Positions 62,075 to 64,000 of a DNA stretch of 64,000 nucleotides are shown here, in pieces. How positions within the stretch are numbered: position 1 is the stretch's first letter; each line of letters opens with the position of its first letter. Both the position numbers and the translations under genes were made by a program. The notes under the pieces were generated by a model. That model saw only the letters and a list, made by a program, of their open reading frames with translations, was not told the origin of the DNA and ran no database searches. The stretch comes from Callorhinchus milii (taxonomy: Eukaryota): positions 97,590,001-97,654,000 of the forward strand of contig NW_024704743.1 in the NCBI RefSeq assembly GCF_018977255.1, in the 5' to 3' direction.

Positions 62075-63434
62075 GTGAGCATATTTAGTTTAAATAACCT
62101 ACTAACACTGCAATTAATCTCACTAATGTGCTGTCACATATACAGCTCGATTAGACAATATCATGCAAAGTGGTTTCCTAATTCAAAACGATATGATGTG
62201 CAGCAAATCAATCAGGCATAATGTAGGGTTAAGTTCTTTTGACGATTTTTACTAAGTCTCAAATAAAATCTCCACCAATGTGTGTGGGACTAATGTCAAA
62301 CTATAGGGTCTAATATTATTCAACAACCTCTATAAAAACGGTCCCTACACTTGGCAGTAATTACTGCACAGAGCTGTCAGCCATTTTGACATGATAAGGC
62401 ATTTTTAAAAAATTCTCCTTTTTGTAAGGATGCATTTTTAAAGCTTTTATTACATTGAAAAGTATTTCTCAGGTTTAGTCAGTGCATTGTGTAGGTAAGT
62501 ATCCTGGTCATTTTGCACATAGCAAAATCCCAAAAAACTGTGAAGTAAATGTTCTCCCGGAAACTTGTTGGCCATGATACCAGCAGAAATTCATTTCCTC
62601 TTTGATAGTTTCAGATACATTAAGAGAACAAGAGGTTTCAAGCTTGCAATACTGAGGTGGATAAATATTTGTTAGGTCAGGGTACTAAGGAATACAGGGC
62701 AAGGGCAGGTAATTGGACGTAAGGTACAGATCAGCCAGGATCTTATAGAATGGTCTTACAGGCTCGAGGGACTGAATGGCCTACTCTTGTTTCTATGTGT
62801 CTAAAGGGCAATTTCAGGACAGACACTAGGAAGTACTTCTTCACCCAGAAAGTAATTAAGGGTCACTGAGGCCAGGAACCTGGATTCATTTTTAAAAAAT
62901 GATGTGAAGGACGAGGTCAAATGGGCCAAAGGGCTTTCTTCTCTTGTGATCAGTGATGTGGATTTAATGTTTCGCCTGAAGGACAGTACCTTCCCTCAGA
63001 ACTGCACTGGAGTGTCAGCATAGACTATGAGTCCCAAGACACAATGTGGGACTTGAAGTATAACCTCTGACTCCGAAGTGAGAATGCTACTAAGTGAGCC
63101 AGTCTGACCACCATGTTGATCTTTAAAATACCTAGGCCTTAAAGTCTCCATTTGGGAATGTTTGCTACGACTGTCCCCAGCCCGCAAATGAAAGGCTGGC
63201 TCAGCGCAAACACTTTTTTTTAAAGCAATTTCCAACCTGTTAACTCCATCAAATAATAATTTAAGTAGAGAAATTCAGTGCTTTTGTGAGCTGAGTTTCA
63301 GACTAACCATTCTTTTTAATTAGTCACCGAGGACAAAATAGAAGTTAAAATTTAAATGAGATCTTCAAGCGAATTAACCATGACGTATTCAGTCCTTATC
63401 TTCAACAAACACTGCATCTGAAGTGCGCAATTGA

Positions 63435-63689
<255 letters not shown>

Positions 63690-63754
63690 TAGAGTAAAAC
63701 ACATCATTGCTACTGAATTACAGTTGATTTGCAATGTATAAGAAAGAGTTATAT

Positions 63755-64000
63755 TTAAACCTTGCATTTGATATAACCTATATTGTTGAAAGATGTCAAA
63801 AAGCAATTCAGTGTAGTTTACTGTTTAGTGGAATGACTGCATATTTGCAGGGAAACATAGCTTCCGATTTTTACAGCAATGTCTCACAAATAGCTATGAA
63901 GTGAATGACCAATTTTATCTGAGTAATTGTTGGCCAGGACACGGTGATAAACTCCCTTCTCTTTTTAAATAGTCTCATCAGATCTTTGATGTCCATCTGA
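63755..64000 (-). mobile_element. DeuSINE 3' half (runs off the window)
   Basis: Reverse-complement tail and core. Confidence 0.72.

Overview
Vertebrate genomic DNA: AT-rich, intron-rich and dense in repeats. The repeat complement (tRNA-headed SINEs with Deu-like cores and L2-type tails, L2, CR1, Penelope) points to a cartilaginous fish, probably a holocephalan such as Callorhinchus; this is an inference. Three + strand multi-exon genes were rebuilt by hand from splice sites and remembered vertebrate protein sequences. (1) The last six coding exons of KCNQ3 (Kv7.3), with stop at 11444, a GC-AG intron and the ankyrin-G anchor motif. (2) A near-complete HHLA1 orthologue, about 25396-48697, with signal peptide, Cys-rich N-domain, Ser/Thr-rich phase-1 exons and Cys-rich C-domain. 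(3) The 5' two-thirds of OC90 (otoconin-90, two sPLA2-like domains), about 55758/57008 to beyond 63676. This is the KCNQ3-HHLA1-OC90 order of human 8q24. Most of the supplied ORF track is spurious or LINE-derived. Points of interest: two candidate OC90 signal-peptide exons next to an inverted L2 pair, a Penelope-like element with inverted pseudo-LTRs carrying minimal hammerhead ribozyme motifs, inverted (twin-priming-like) retroelement insertions, nested SINEs, and LF-SINE/AmnSINE-like relics. I see no convincing wholly new biological system; all homology calls are from recall, not searches.
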